From contig CAYPAP010000001.1 of the NCBI GenBank assembly GCA_964408775.1, forward strand, positions 89,524-153,523: a stretch of 64,000 nucleotides of DNA. Reading direction: 5' to 3'. The DNA is from an uncultured Gammaproteobacteria bacterium. Lineage in GTDB: Bacteria; Patescibacteriota; Patescibacteriia; Patescibacteriales; UBA12465. How positions within the stretch are numbered: the stretch's first letter is position 1; every line of letters starts with the position of its first letter. Below the pieces are notes generated by a model. The model made no database searches. It worked only from the letters and a program-made list of their open reading frames with translations, and was not told where the DNA came from. Made by a program: the position numbers and the translations under genes. Positions 19,546-29,063 of this stretch are shown piece by piece.

Positions 19546-20628
19546 ATGAGAAATAAAATTATGAAAATAGGAATTATCAACAACTTATACAAACCCTACA
19601 ACAAGGGCGGGGCCGAAAAGGTTTGCGAAAGAATTATAGCTGAACTAGAAAAAAACGGTCACTCTTGTTTTATTATCACCACTAAACCAAGAGATAAAAC
19701 TGAAATAAATCATGAACCTAAAACATATTATCTTAACTCCGAATATTATAATCTAGGACAAAAACAACTTCTCCATCGCTTTTTCTGGCAAATTGGAAAT
19801 ATTTTTAATTTTGCTAAAGGTAAGAAATTAAAAAAAATACTACAATTAGAAAAACCAGATTTAATTATCTCTAATAACTTAATGGGTATAGGACTGAAAA
19901 CTTTTAAAATTATTAAGAGATTAAATATCAAACATACCCACGTCCTGCACGACATCCAGCTAATTCATCCCTCTGGCTTAATGATTTTTGGGAAAGAAAA
20001 AATTATTAATACCCTACCAGCTAAAATCTATCAAAACATTAGTCGTAAGTTTTCTGGCTCACCGGAAAAAGTGGTTTCCCCTTCTAATTGGCTATTACAA
20101 GAACATCTTAAAAAAGGATTTTTCAAAAATAGTGAAAAAATAATTCAAGCTAATCCTCAACCATTTGAAGAAAAAAAAGAAATTATCAGGGACAAAGACA
20201 AAGAAATAAAATATTTTTTATTTATCGGTCAACTCGAAGAACATAAGGGTATTATTTTTCTAATTGAAACTTTTAAAAAAATAGAAAACACTAAAATTAA
20301 TTTAAAAATTATTGGCGATGGAAAATTAATGGATAAAATAAAATTAATGAGCCAAGATGATAATCGTATCAAAATCCTGGGACCAAAAAATAAGGAAGAA
20401 GTAGCCGAAGAATTAACCCGGACTGATTGCCTGGTAGTTCCCTCTCTTTGCTACGAAAATTCTCCGACTGTAATTTATGAAGCTAAGCATTTTAATTTAC
20501 CTATTATTGCCTCTAATTTAGGCGGAATCCCGGAGTTAATTAGCCAAGAATATGAGAGGTTGTTTGAAGCCGGAAATCAAGCTGATCTGATTAACAAGAT
20601 TAATGGTTTTATAGAAAACAAGAAGTAA
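19546..20628 (+). CDS. family-4 (GT-B) glycosyltransferase
   Basis: 360 aa. ...CYENSPTVIYEAKHFNLPIIASNLGGIPELI. Confidence 0.8.
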   Translation: MRNKIMKIGIINNLYKPYNKGGAEKVCERIIAELEKNGHSCFIITTKPRDKTEINHEPKTYYLNSEYYNLGQKQLLHRFFWQIGNIFNFAKGKKLKKILQLEKPDLIISNNLMGIGLKTFKIIKRLNIKHTHVLHDIQLIHPSGLMIFGKEKIINTLPAKIYQNISRKFSGSPEKVVSPSNWLLQEHLKKGFFKNSEKIIQANPQPFEEKKEIIRDKDKEIKYFLFIGQLEEHKGIIFLIETFKKIENTKINLKIIGDGKLMDKIKLMSQDDNRIKILGPKNKEEVAEELTRTDCLVVPSLCYENSPTVIYEAKHFNLPIIASNLGGIPELISQEYERLFEAGNQADLINKINGFIENKK

Positions 20629-20732
20629 GTAACCCCAAAAATACCCATTCTACAATCTTTTATGTATAGTTCTATATTTTTGATATAATTTTATAAAAAC
20701 CGCCATATGTATGTGCACATTACCGCTAACCC

Positions 20733-20761
20733 TTGACAAAGACATAATAATATTATATAAT
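20733..20761 (+). promoter_or_regulatory. sigma-70-type promoter (consensus hexamers)
   Basis: TTGACA (20733-38), a 17-nt spacer, then TATAAT (20756-61), 19 nt upstream of the ATG at 20781. Confidence 0.55.
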
Positions 20762-20780
20762 AAAACTCTAACAAAAAAGT

Positions 20781-21677
20781 ATGCAAGAAACAATATCTAA
20801 AAATACAAAGAACTACAAAGTTGAGTCAAAAACCTCTCCCATGATAAGTGAAGAAGAAAAAGAGGGAAAATTAGTTGAAAGAGGCTGCTTGGGGCGTATT
20901 GATAAAAAAGCTTACCAGAAAAATATTGAAAGAGAATTGTATAGTTATTATATTAAAAAAATTGATCAGGATTTAGACGATTATTTTAATGACTATTTAG
21001 ATCAAAACCCCAAAAATGACCCATATTCTTTTTTATTAGAAATACAAAAAGAAAACCCAGCACGATTAGAACAGCTTAAAACCATAAAACAGAAAGTTAA
21101 AAAAACAATGGACGAAAGGGTTCGAGGTGAAAGACTTAGATTTTTAAAAGAATTTGAAATTGAGGATCAGTTCAAAATTGTAGAAGAATCCCAGGGAGAA
21201 GATTTTGAGCCCAGTGAACCAAAGACTAAGTTCGCATATGATTTGCATGCTACTATTGCTGAGAATCTTGATTTAGAAGACTTTGAAGATTTAGAATATT
21301 ATACAGCCGTAAACACTCATTTAGATAATTGTGGTGTTGATGCCTTTTTTAAATTTAAAAACAAAAGTGAACAAGGAGAGAAACAACCTATTAGGGTTTG
21401 CTTTGATATAACAACCAATACCCCTGAAGAAAAAAGGAATCAAGAGATAGACAAGAGAAGAGCTGGAGAAAAAATTCTAACTGACCTGGTATTATTTCTG
21501 ACAAATGAAGAACTAGAAACAATTAAAGAGCTTTACACAAACAGAAACAGAAGGGAGGAAAAAAATGACGCTCGTTTTCAAAAAATGAGAAAAGAATATG
21601 ACTTTATTTTGAACGATTTTTCAAATAAAATAATTAACCAATACCAAAAAAGGAGGTACTATGGAGAAGGAGGATAA
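20781..21677 (+). CDS. hypothetical highly charged protein
   Basis: 298 aa, Glu/Lys/Asp-rich, with no recognisable family. Confidence 0.55.
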   Translation: MQETISKNTKNYKVESKTSPMISEEEKEGKLVERGCLGRIDKKAYQKNIERELYSYYIKKIDQDLDDYFNDYLDQNPKNDPYSFLLEIQKENPARLEQLKTIKQKVKKTMDERVRGERLRFLKEFEIEDQFKIVEESQGEDFEPSEPKTKFAYDLHATIAENLDLEDFEDLEYYTAVNTHLDNCGVDAFFKFKNKSEQGEKQPIRVCFDITTNTPEEKRNQEIDKRRAGEKILTDLVLFLTNEELETIKELYTNRNRREEKNDARFQKMRKEYDFILNDFSNKIINQYQKRRYYGEGG

Positions 21678-21972
21678 AATCTTCCTATTAGGATCAGCCG
21701 AGGTCAAAACCCCTAGTTTTAGAGAGCTAAAACAGCCTCTGGGCGAGGGGAAAATCGCTAAACTGTTCTGCACAGAATGTGGAGAAGTTAGTGAAGTTGA
21801 TGACGGAGAAATTTTTACAATGCTGGAGTTTGCCAGAAATAAAGACATAGATCTTTATCTGGCCGACAAAATAGATTGGAGTAAGAAATATATCCAATCT
21901 AATTTTTGTAACAATTGTCTCAAGGGGCATCTGACAGACTATCTGGTAAGAATAAAAAAAATAAAAAGATAA
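21661..21972 (+). CDS. hypothetical small CxxC...CxxC (zinc-ribbon-like) protein
   Basis: 103 aa with CTEC and CNNC pairs. Its start overlaps the upstream stop by 17 nt inside a GGAGAAGGAGGA stretch. Confidence 0.5.
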   Translation: MEKEDKIFLLGSAEVKTPSFRELKQPLGEGKIAKLFCTECGEVSEVDDGEIFTMLEFARNKDIDLYLADKIDWSKKYIQSNFCNNCLKGHLTDYLVRIKKIKR

Positions 21973-22006
21973 AAAATAAAAAAAGGTCCATAAGGACCTT
22001 ATTTTA
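21973..22006. terminator. bidirectional intrinsic terminator
   Basis: AAGGTCC-ATAA-GGACCTT flanked by an A-run upstream and a T-run downstream. It sits between convergent genes (stops at 21972 and 22038). Confidence 0.7.
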
Positions 22007-22037
22007 ATTGATCAATCTACCTCTATTTTATAAAAAA

Positions 22038-23318
22038 TTATAATTTACAAGATTTTTCTTCTCCGCTAACCATATCTTTAACTTTATACTCCCCCTTCTT
22101 TAATTCTTCTTCTCCTAAAATAATGACCCTAGCGATACCGTTTTTACTAGCATATTCTAGAGCTCGAGAAATTTTTATTATCTCTAGTCCTAATTCTACT
22201 TTTTCACCTTTGACTCGAAGTTTCTTAGCTAAAGAAATAGCCTCACTCTCTAAATTACTATCTAATAAAGGCAAAAGATAAGTGTCTTTTTTTAATTCAA
22301 TCTTTGGCAAAAGACCCCAGGCCTCTAAAAATAATTTGAAAGTCTCATCTCCAGGAGCAAAGCCAATGGCTGGAAAATCATTAACACCAAAAACACTGGC
22401 CAGACCATTGTATCGTCCACCACCGAACATAGCTCTATTATTATCAGGGTGCTTATCAAAAATTTCAAACACCAAACCATCATAATAATCAAAGCCACGA
22501 ATAACATCAGGACTAAAAATTACATACTTATCATAGGAAGTTTCAGCTAATTTATTAATAATATTTTTCATAAATAAACCGGCTGGGCTGCTAGCAACTT
22601 CTGGCAATTTATCATTTAAATCATCTAAATCTTGGGCTGAAATAAATTTAATAATTTTATCAATTTGATTATTTTTTAAACCTAAATCTTCCAGAGATGA
22701 AGTAAAATCATTGGCTTTTAATTTATTCTTTTTATCCAATAAACGAACCAGGGGAATTCTTTGTGTTTTTTTAATATCAATAATATCAAACAGAGATTCT
22801 ATTAAATCACGGTGATTTATTTTTAAAATGAAAGAATCTTTAGGTGGATTAAAGGCCAAAACCAAATCAATACTCATTTGTAATATTTCCAAATCCGACA
22901 AAGGACTATCACTACCAAAAATATCACAATTTAATTGCCAAAACTCTCGGTTACGTCCTCGCTGTGGTTTTTCATTGCGAACAAAATTAGCAATAGAGAA
23001 TAATTTTAAAGGCTTGGGTGATGTTGGGTAAATTTTAGAAACCATGCGAACAACACTAGGAGTCATCTCCGGTCTAATAGCCAGCTCACGACCTCCTTGG
23101 TCCACAAAAACCATCAACTCCTTGCCAGCGATATCCTCGCCTGACTTAGCTCGATAAATATCAGCATTTTCTAATAAAGGACTAAGGTATTCTAGAAACC
23201 CATAAGACAGGCAAACCTCTCGCCATTTAGAAAAAATATAATTTCTAATACTAAATTCCTCAGGAAACCAATCCTTAGAACCCTTAATCTCCTGATTAGA
23301 AATATTTTTTATAGCCAT
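22038..23318 (-). CDS. hisS: histidine--tRNA ligase
   Basis: 426 aa. ...ELAIRPEMTPS..., RGFDYYDGLVFE, GGGRYNGL. Confidence 0.9.
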   Translation of the reverse strand: MAIKNISNQEIKGSKDWFPEEFSIRNYIFSKWREVCLSYGFLEYLSPLLENADIYRAKSGEDIAGKELMVFVDQGGRELAIRPEMTPSVVRMVSKIYPTSPKPLKLFSIANFVRNEKPQRGRNREFWQLNCDIFGSDSPLSDLEILQMSIDLVLAFNPPKDSFILKINHRDLIESLFDIIDIKKTQRIPLVRLLDKKNKLKANDFTSSLEDLGLKNNQIDKIIKFISAQDLDDLNDKLPEVASSPAGLFMKNIINKLAETSYDKYVIFSPDVIRGFDYYDGLVFEIFDKHPDNNRAMFGGGRYNGLASVFGVNDFPAIGFAPGDETFKLFLEAWGLLPKIELKKDTYLLPLLDSNLESEAISLAKKLRVKGEKVELGLEIIKISRALEYASKNGIARVIILGEEELKKGEYKVKDMVSGEEKSCKL

Positions 23319-23345
23319 ACTATTAAAATTATAATTTAAAAATAA

Positions 23346-24071
23346 TTAGATAACCATTTTGCCTTGCAATTTTTCCTTAGATAAAATTTGAGCTTCTAGC
23401 AGACTATCAAAAGTTCCAGCATCAACCCAAGCTCCACTAACCATAGCCACATCTAGCTCTCCCATTTCCAAATAAACTCTGTTAACATCAGTGATCTCTA
23501 GCTCACCTCTGGCTGATGGTTTTAAATTTCTAACAATATCAACCACCCTATTGTCATAAACATACAAACCAGTAACACAGTAATTAGATTTGGGATTCTC
23601 TGGCTTCTCTTCAATAGAAATAGCCTTATTTTTATCATCAAACTCTACTACCCCAAAACGATGCGGATCAGAAACCTCCTTGGCAAAAACTTTGGCCCCG
23701 GACTTAAAATTTTTAATGTCATCAGAAAAATCATCTTCAAAAATATTATCCCCCAGAATCATACAAACGCTATCCTCATCAATAAAGCGCTCACCAATAA
23801 TGAAGGCCTGGGCCAGACCCTCGGGCTTATCTTGGATTTCATAGGTAAATTTAACACCAAAATCTTTACCGCTACCTAAAAGATTCAGATAATGGCCAGC
23901 CTGTTCAGGGGCGACAATTATTAAAATATCCTTTATACCAGCTTTTATTAAGGTATTCAAAGGATAATAAATCATAGGGCGATTATATACTGGTAATAAT
24001 TGTTTAGATGTAACGTTAGTACAGGGACGAAGACGAGTGGCACTCCCACCCGACAAAATAATTCCTTTCAT
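23346..24071 (-). CDS. rfbA: glucose-1-phosphate thymidylyltransferase (short form)
   Basis: 241 aa. [18 protein letters not shown]...[16 protein letters not shown]; rfb cluster context. Confidence 0.8.
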   Translation of the reverse strand: MKGIILSGGSATRLRPCTNVTSKQLLPVYNRPMIYYPLNTLIKAGIKDILIIVAPEQAGHYLNLLGSGKDFGVKFTYEIQDKPEGLAQAFIIGERFIDEDSVCMILGDNIFEDDFSDDIKNFKSGAKVFAKEVSDPHRFGVVEFDDKNKAISIEEKPENPKSNYCVTGLYVYDNRVVDIVRNLKPSARGELEITDVNRVYLEMGELDVAMVSGAWVDAGTFDSLLEAQILSKEKLQGKMVI

Positions 24072-24075
24072 TTTT

Positions 24076-24996
24076 TTATTTATTAATTTTTATATATTCT
24101 CTTAAAGCCTCTTTCCAACTGCGAAGTTCGGGCAATTTGGTATTAGCTAAAACTGAATATTTGGGTCTCTTAGCTGGACGAGGAAACTTGTCTGAAGAAA
24201 CTGGATTAACTCTAATTCCCATTTTTTTTAAACGAAAAAATTCTCTAGCAGCATCATACCAAATGGCCGGATCATTATTTCTGACATGATAAAAACCATA
24301 TTCTTTTTTATCTTCCAAAATTTCTCTAGTTCTTTTGGCTAAATCAGGGGTATAGGTAAAACAACTAAGCTCCTCTCCAACCACATCAATAACCTTTTTT
24401 TCTTGGGAAATTTTTAAAATTAAATCAAAAAAACTTTCCTTAGAGTCGCCGGAATTTCCCTTAGGACCAAATAGCTTAGAAGTTCTGATTATATAGTATT
24501 TTAGATTCTTGTTAGCTAACCTCTGGAGCTCAATTTCTCCTGAAACCTTAGTTGATCCATATTTATTAATCGGACAACGCTCGTCATCCTCTCTAAAACC
24601 TCCCTGTTCCTTGAAATCTAACAGACATTCTAAGGTGCAACCATCTTTTTGACAAATATCGCCACCAAAAACATAATCACTAGAGTAATGAACCAGGACA
24701 GCATTGTTTTTGATGGCCGCCTGACCCAAATAACGCAAAGCTTCTCCATTTATTTTATGAGCTAATTTGTATTCACTTTCAAACTCTTCACATTTATCAA
24801 CATTATTATAAGCAGCGGTATTTATAATTACATCAGGGGAAACCTTGGATATTTTCGGGATTATCAAGTCTCTTTCTAATAAATCTAAATCTTTTTTATC
24901 ATAGGACACAATCTGATAATCTGGTTTTGTAGAAAATTCCTTAACTAATTGCTCACCCAAATTTCCATCAGCACCCAAAATTAAAACTTTTTTCAT
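24076..24996 (-). CDS. rfbD: dTDP-4-dehydrorhamnose reductase
   Basis: 306 aa. Rossmann N-terminus [19 protein letters not shown], and a Cys-rich insert of about 30 aa. Confidence 0.8.
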   Translation of the reverse strand: MKKVLILGADGNLGEQLVKEFSTKPDYQIVSYDKKDLDLLERDLIIPKISKVSPDVIINTAAYNNVDKCEEFESEYKLAHKINGEALRYLGQAAIKNNAVLVHYSSDYVFGGDICQKDGCTLECLLDFKEQGGFREDDERCPINKYGSTKVSGEIELQRLANKNLKYYIIRTSKLFGPKGNSGDSKESFFDLILKISQEKKVIDVVGEELSCFTYTPDLAKRTREILEDKKEYGFYHVRNNDPAIWYDAAREFFRLKKMGIRVNPVSSDKFPRPAKRPKYSVLANTKLPELRSWKEALREYIKINK

Positions 24997-25008
24997 ATTA
25001 CAGTAAAA

Positions 25009-25977
25009 TTATTTTTTCAGTTTACTCCACCAAGGAGAATTATTTTTATACCATTCAATAGTATTTTTAAGTCCCTCGAAAAAATCAAACTGCGGACGCC
25101 AGCCCAATTCTTTTTCGGCTTTAGAAAAATCTATCGCGTAACGAAGGTCGTGCCCCGGTCTGTCTTTTACGTATTCAATCATTTCTTGACCTTGGCTCAT
25201 TAACTCTAAAATATTATTAGTGATATCAATATTCTTTATTTCATTACCACCGCCCAGGCAATATGTCTCGCCAATTTTTCCTTCTTTAATAATCATTTCT
25301 ACACCTCGATTATGGTCGTCAACGTGTATCCAATCACGAATATTTTGGCCCTGACCATAAACCGGCACCCTTTTTCCTTCTATTAAATTAGTTATGAATA
25401 ATGGGATGAGTTTTTCGGGATATTGGTAGGGGCCATAATTATTAGAACAATTTGATATGGTTACAGGTAGACCGTGAGTATGAAAATATGACCTAACTAG
25501 ATGATCAGAAGAAGCCTTGGAGGCGCTATAAGGAGAACGGGGGTCGTAGGGAGTCTTTTCATTAAATTTAGGATCACTTGTTTCTAGAGAACCAAAAACC
25601 TCGTCGGTAGAAACGTGATGAAAACGAATATTGCCGTTATTTTTAGCCGAATCCAATAGAACTCTGGTCCCCTCAACATTGGTTTTTATAAAGTCAGCGC
25701 TATTTGCTATAGATCTATCAACATGACTTTCGGCCGCGAAATGGATTATTAGGTCCACGTCTTTGACCAAATCGTTTACCAAATTATAATCACAGATATC
25801 GCCTTGGATAAATTTGTAATTTTCTTGATTTTCGATGTCTCTGAGATTATCTAAATTACCGGCGTAAGTTAACTTATCTAGATTGATAATGCTATCGGCG
25901 GGATTGGATTTCAGCCAATATCTAATAAAATTAGAGCCAATAAAACCAGCTCCACCGGTTACGAGTATTTTTGACAT
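25009..25977 (-). CDS. rfbB: dTDP-glucose 4,6-dehydratase
   Basis: 322 aa. VTGGAGFIGSNF, YSASKASSDHL. Confidence 0.9.
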   Translation of the reverse strand: MSKILVTGGAGFIGSNFIRYWLKSNPADSIINLDKLTYAGNLDNLRDIENQENYKFIQGDICDYNLVNDLVKDVDLIIHFAAESHVDRSIANSADFIKTNVEGTRVLLDSAKNNGNIRFHHVSTDEVFGSLETSDPKFNEKTPYDPRSPYSASKASSDHLVRSYFHTHGLPVTISNCSNNYGPYQYPEKLIPLFITNLIEGKRVPVYGQGQNIRDWIHVDDHNRGVEMIIKEGKIGETYCLGGGNEIKNIDITNNILELMSQGQEMIEYVKDRPGHDLRYAIDFSKAEKELGWRPQFDFFEGLKNTIEWYKNNSPWWSKLKK

Positions 25978-26052
25978 AAACTAATATTAATTACTATATC
26001 TTTATTATACTATAATAGAAATGGGTAGTAAAGCAACGCATATTCTAATCTA

Positions 26053-26123
26053 TGTGTCACCCCTCCACCTTCGTCGCGTAAAATGGCCCTGCCATCACGC
26101 GACTACAGCAGGCACAGCAGCGA
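26053..26123. repeat. GC-rich intergenic patch sharing motifs with the other GC-rich elements
   Basis: tgtgtcacccctcc resembles the left arm of the 19215 element, TGTGTCACCCCC. A TCGCG-tg-ATGGC-cct-GCCAT-ca-CGCGA hairpin lies at 26074-26102. The TCGCGTAAAA motif is also seen at 5745-5754 (complement), 11893-11901 and 62954-62963. Confidence 0.45.
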
Positions 26124-26145
26124 GCAAAAAGGCTGGAACCCAGCC
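26124..26145 (-). terminator. intrinsic terminator after rfbC
   Basis: Minus strand reads GGCTGG-GTT-CCAGCC followed by TTTTT. The stem ends 7 nt after the rfbC stop. Confidence 0.6.
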
Positions 26146-26152
26146 CTCCCTT

Positions 26153-26605
26153 TTACTTTATCATATAAGGAGAATCTTTGTCCTCTTCCCAGCGAATTTC
26201 GTCGATTTCTTCATTTTTACCCTCACCTTTATATAATTTATCTGGGAAATTTAAACAATATGAGTCTCCTGGCCCTAAAGCCTTATAGCCATGAACTACT
26301 CCTGGTGGAACGATAACTAAAGTTGGCCCCCCTTCTCCGGCTTCTAGGGTTAAATATTCGTCCTTGGTTTCGCTATCTTCTCGTCTATCCCAAAGATGAA
26401 GGGCAAATTTTCCTGGACCAACGAAAACAAAACAATCGCTTTGATTCTTGTGTTCATGGGGACCACGAACTATACCTGGTTTAGTAACGCTAATATAAGC
26501 CATTTCTGGTTTGTAATCTAGCTCGTCGGAGCGGTAAATCTCGCTTAGCCAGCCTCGTTCGTCGTAATATTGGTCTAATTTTTTAATAATTAAGCCGTTT
26601 ATCAT
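26153..26605 (-). CDS. rfbC: dTDP-4-dehydrorhamnose 3,5-epimerase-like cupin (short form)
   Basis: 150 aa. DERGWLSEIYR...GIVRGPHEH...VVHGY; rfb context. Confidence 0.65.
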   Translation of the reverse strand: MINGLIIKKLDQYYDERGWLSEIYRSDELDYKPEMAYISVTKPGIVRGPHEHKNQSDCFVFVGPGKFALHLWDRREDSETKDEYLTLEAGEGGPTLVIVPPGVVHGYKALGPGDSYCLNFPDKLYKGEGKNEEIDEIRWEEDKDSPYMIK

Positions 26606-26775
26606 ATTTTTGAAGATTAATAATTATCTAACTAATTCTAGCACTTAAACCGCCTCAAATCAAGTCAAAATTAAATACTCGCAAGCTATTGATTTATTTT
26701 AATTCCTATGATATTATCAAAATCAGCCATTAATAAGATGGTTTTATTATTTAAATTATAATATAATAAACAGAT

Positions 26776-27048
26776 ATGAAAAAAGATATTCACCCAAAGT
26801 ATAACTCCAAAATTAAGGCCAGTTGTGCCTGCGGTTTTACTATGGAAACCGGCTCAGTTGACGCTGAAATCAAGACCGAGCTCTGTTCAGCTTGTCATCC
26901 TTTTTATACCGGAAAACAAAAATTAGTTGACACTGCCAACCGTGTTGGTAAATTTAAAGCTAAATTAGAGAAAAAAACTGAAACAGCTAAAGGTAAAACA
27001 GCTAAAAGAGCTGCTAAAGCCAAAAAACAAGCAGAAAAAAATAAATAA
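26776..27048 (+). CDS. rpmE: 50S ribosomal protein L31
   Basis: 90 aa. MKKDIHPKY...CACG...CSACHPFYTG, with a Lys/Ala-rich tail. Confidence 0.9.
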   Translation: MKKDIHPKYNSKIKASCACGFTMETGSVDAEIKTELCSACHPFYTGKQKLVDTANRVGKFKAKLEKKTETAKGKTAKRAAKAKKQAEKNK

Positions 27049-27067
27049 CAAAATTTGTATAAAAAAT

Positions 27068-27097
27068 AAAAGCGCCAATTACGGGGCTTTTATTTTA
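27068..27097 (+). terminator. putative intrinsic terminator after rpmE
   Basis: AAAGCGCC-aattac-GGGGCTTT (one mismatch) followed by TATTTTAT. Confidence 0.4.
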
Positions 27098-27122
27098 TCT
27101 AAAAATAAACTAAACTAAAGAT

Positions 27123-28169
27123 ATGGCCAATATATCTGAAATAAAAACTAAATATCAAGAGCTAGAACAACAACTCTCCAATCCGGAAATAATATCAGAT
27201 CGAGAAAGGTCCAGTAAACTAGCCAAGGAACATGCCTCTCTAAAAAAGGCCTATACTTTAATTTGTGAAATAGAAAAATTAGATGAAAATATTTCGGGCA
27301 ATAAAGAAATTATAAAAAGCGAAGCTAACTCCGAATTGGGTAAAATGGCTCAAGAAGAATTAAACGAGCTACAAGAGGTTAGAGAAAAATTAGAAAAAGA
27401 ATTATACGAAGAATTAAATCCCGCTGACCCTAACGACAAAAAAAGTGTCATCGTTGAAATCAGAGCTGGAGCCGGAGGCGATGAGGGGGCCCTCTTTACA
27501 GCGGAATTATTTAGAATGTATTTACGCTTTGCTGAAAAAATGAATTGGAAAACTGAAATCTTAAGCTCTAGTGAAATAGGAATCGGTGGCTACAAGGAAA
27601 TAATTTTCTCTGTAGACGGACTGGGGGCTTATGGATATTTAAAGTACGAGGCTGGTACTCATCGCGTTCAACGAGTCCCCGAAACGGAAAAACAAGGTCG
27701 AGTTCACACCTCAACCTCCACCGTTATAGTCCTGCCTGAAGCCGAGGAAGTAGATGTTAAAATAGAACCAAATGATATTAGAATAGACACATTTTGCTCT
27801 TCTGGCCCCGGCGGTCAAAGTGTTAACACCACTTATTCAGCTATTCGTATCACCCATATCCCTACCGGTCTAATCGCCAGCTGTCAGGATCAAAAATCGC
27901 AACACCAAAACAAAGAAAAGGCCATGCAAATCCTACGCTCTAGACTGTTAGCAAAAATTGAGGATGAAAAATCAGCCAAAGATTCCCAGGAAAGAAAGGA
28001 TCAAGTTGGCCGAGGTGATAGGAGCGACAAAATCCGCACTTATAACTTCCCTCAAAGTCGCATCACTGATCATCGTGCTAATAAATCTTGGCATAATATT
28101 GATGAAATAATGGCGGGAAATATTGAAGAAATGATAACAGAAATAAAAATGGAATTAAATAAGAACTAA
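27123..28169 (+). CDS. prfA: peptide chain release factor 1
   Basis: 348 aa. The GGQSVNTT motif, with RVPETEKQGRVHTS (RF1-type PxT region). Confidence 0.9.
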   Translation: MANISEIKTKYQELEQQLSNPEIISDRERSSKLAKEHASLKKAYTLICEIEKLDENISGNKEIIKSEANSELGKMAQEELNELQEVREKLEKELYEELNPADPNDKKSVIVEIRAGAGGDEGALFTAELFRMYLRFAEKMNWKTEILSSSEIGIGGYKEIIFSVDGLGAYGYLKYEAGTHRVQRVPETEKQGRVHTSTSTVIVLPEAEEVDVKIEPNDIRIDTFCSSGPGGQSVNTTYSAIRITHIPTGLIASCQDQKSQHQNKEKAMQILRSRLLAKIEDEKSAKDSQERKDQVGRGDRSDKIRTYNFPQSRITDHRANKSWHNIDEIMAGNIEEMITEIKMELNKN

Positions 28170-28172
28170 GAC

Positions 28173-29063
28173 ATGAAAGTCAACCAAGCCCTGAAGAAAT
28201 CTCAGGAAAAACTAAAAGATAATATTAAAGACTATCAAAAAGAAGCCTTGTTAATTGCTTCTTTTGTTTTAGAATCATCTCCAGAAAAAATAATTAGTCA
28301 ATTAGATAAAAAAATTAAATTATCTCATTTTAAAAAAATAATTAAGCTATCAAAAAAGCGCTCTCAGAACTGGCCCCTGGCCTATTTGACGGGAACAAAA
28401 AGTTTTTACAACCTAGATTTTATAGTTAATAAAAATACATTAATCCCCCGCCCGGAAAGTGAATTAATAGTTGACCAAATAATTAAAAATGATTTTGATA
28501 ACACCAACCAAGAAACAATTATTATTGATATTGGAACCGGGTCAGGCTGTCTAATAATTAGCCTAGCTGATATTTTAAAAAATAAAGGAAGAATTTCTTT
28601 TTATGCCATTGATATCAGTCAAAAAGCCCTTAAAATAGCCAAGAAAAACGCTAAGAAACACAAACTAAGAAAGGCCATAAAATTCTTAAGAGGAAATTTA
28701 TTAAAACCTATAAGACATAAACTAAAAAATATAAAAAAAGAAAGTCATGTGATTATAATAGCCAACCTTCCCTATTTAAGCAAAGAAGAGGTCAAAAAAG
28801 AACCGAGTATCAAGCACGAACCACAACGAGCGCTTTATGGCGGAAAAGATGGCTTAGAATATTATAAAAAACTATGGTCGCAAATTAAAAAAATAAAAGA
28901 AAAAAACAATAAGATTAATTTTACAGTCTATCAAGAAATAAATGATTGGCAAAAAGATAAACTAGAAAAAATAATTATAAAAAAAATAGGGCCTCAGGGG
29001 CCTCAAAGTGAAATAATAAAAGACTTAAATGATCAACAAAGATTATTGATAACAAGCTACTAA
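28173..29063 (+). CDS. prmC: release-factor glutamine N5-methyltransferase
   Basis: 296 aa. DIGTGSGCL and IIANLPY (a variant of the NPPY motif); directly after prfA. Confidence 0.8.
   Translation: MKVNQALKKSQEKLKDNIKDYQKEALLIASFVLESSPEKIISQLDKKIKLSHFKKIIKLSKKRSQNWPLAYLTGTKSFYNLDFIVNKNTLIPRPESELIVDQIIKNDFDNTNQETIIIDIGTGSGCLIISLADILKNKGRISFYAIDISQKALKIAKKNAKKHKLRKAIKFLRGNLLKPIRHKLKNIKKESHVIIIANLPYLSKEEVKKEPSIKHEPQRALYGGKDGLEYYKKLWSQIKKIKEKNNKINFTVYQEINDWQKDKLEKIIIKKIGPQGPQSEIIKDLNDQQRLLITSY

Noticed and set aside
23319-23345. T-box or riboswitch leaders upstream of the aminoacyl-tRNA synthetase genes (hisS, proS, ileS).
   Set aside because: The upstream spacers are only a few to ~90 nt (27 nt for hisS, 4 nt for ileS). 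That is far too short for a T-box, and I saw no specifier or antiterminator pattern.
26021-26316. Plus-strand ORFs of 71 and 77 aa over the GC-rich patch.
   Set aside because: They overlap the rfbC 3' end and its terminator and have no recognisable protein features. The GC-rich sequence is better explained as a structured repeat.
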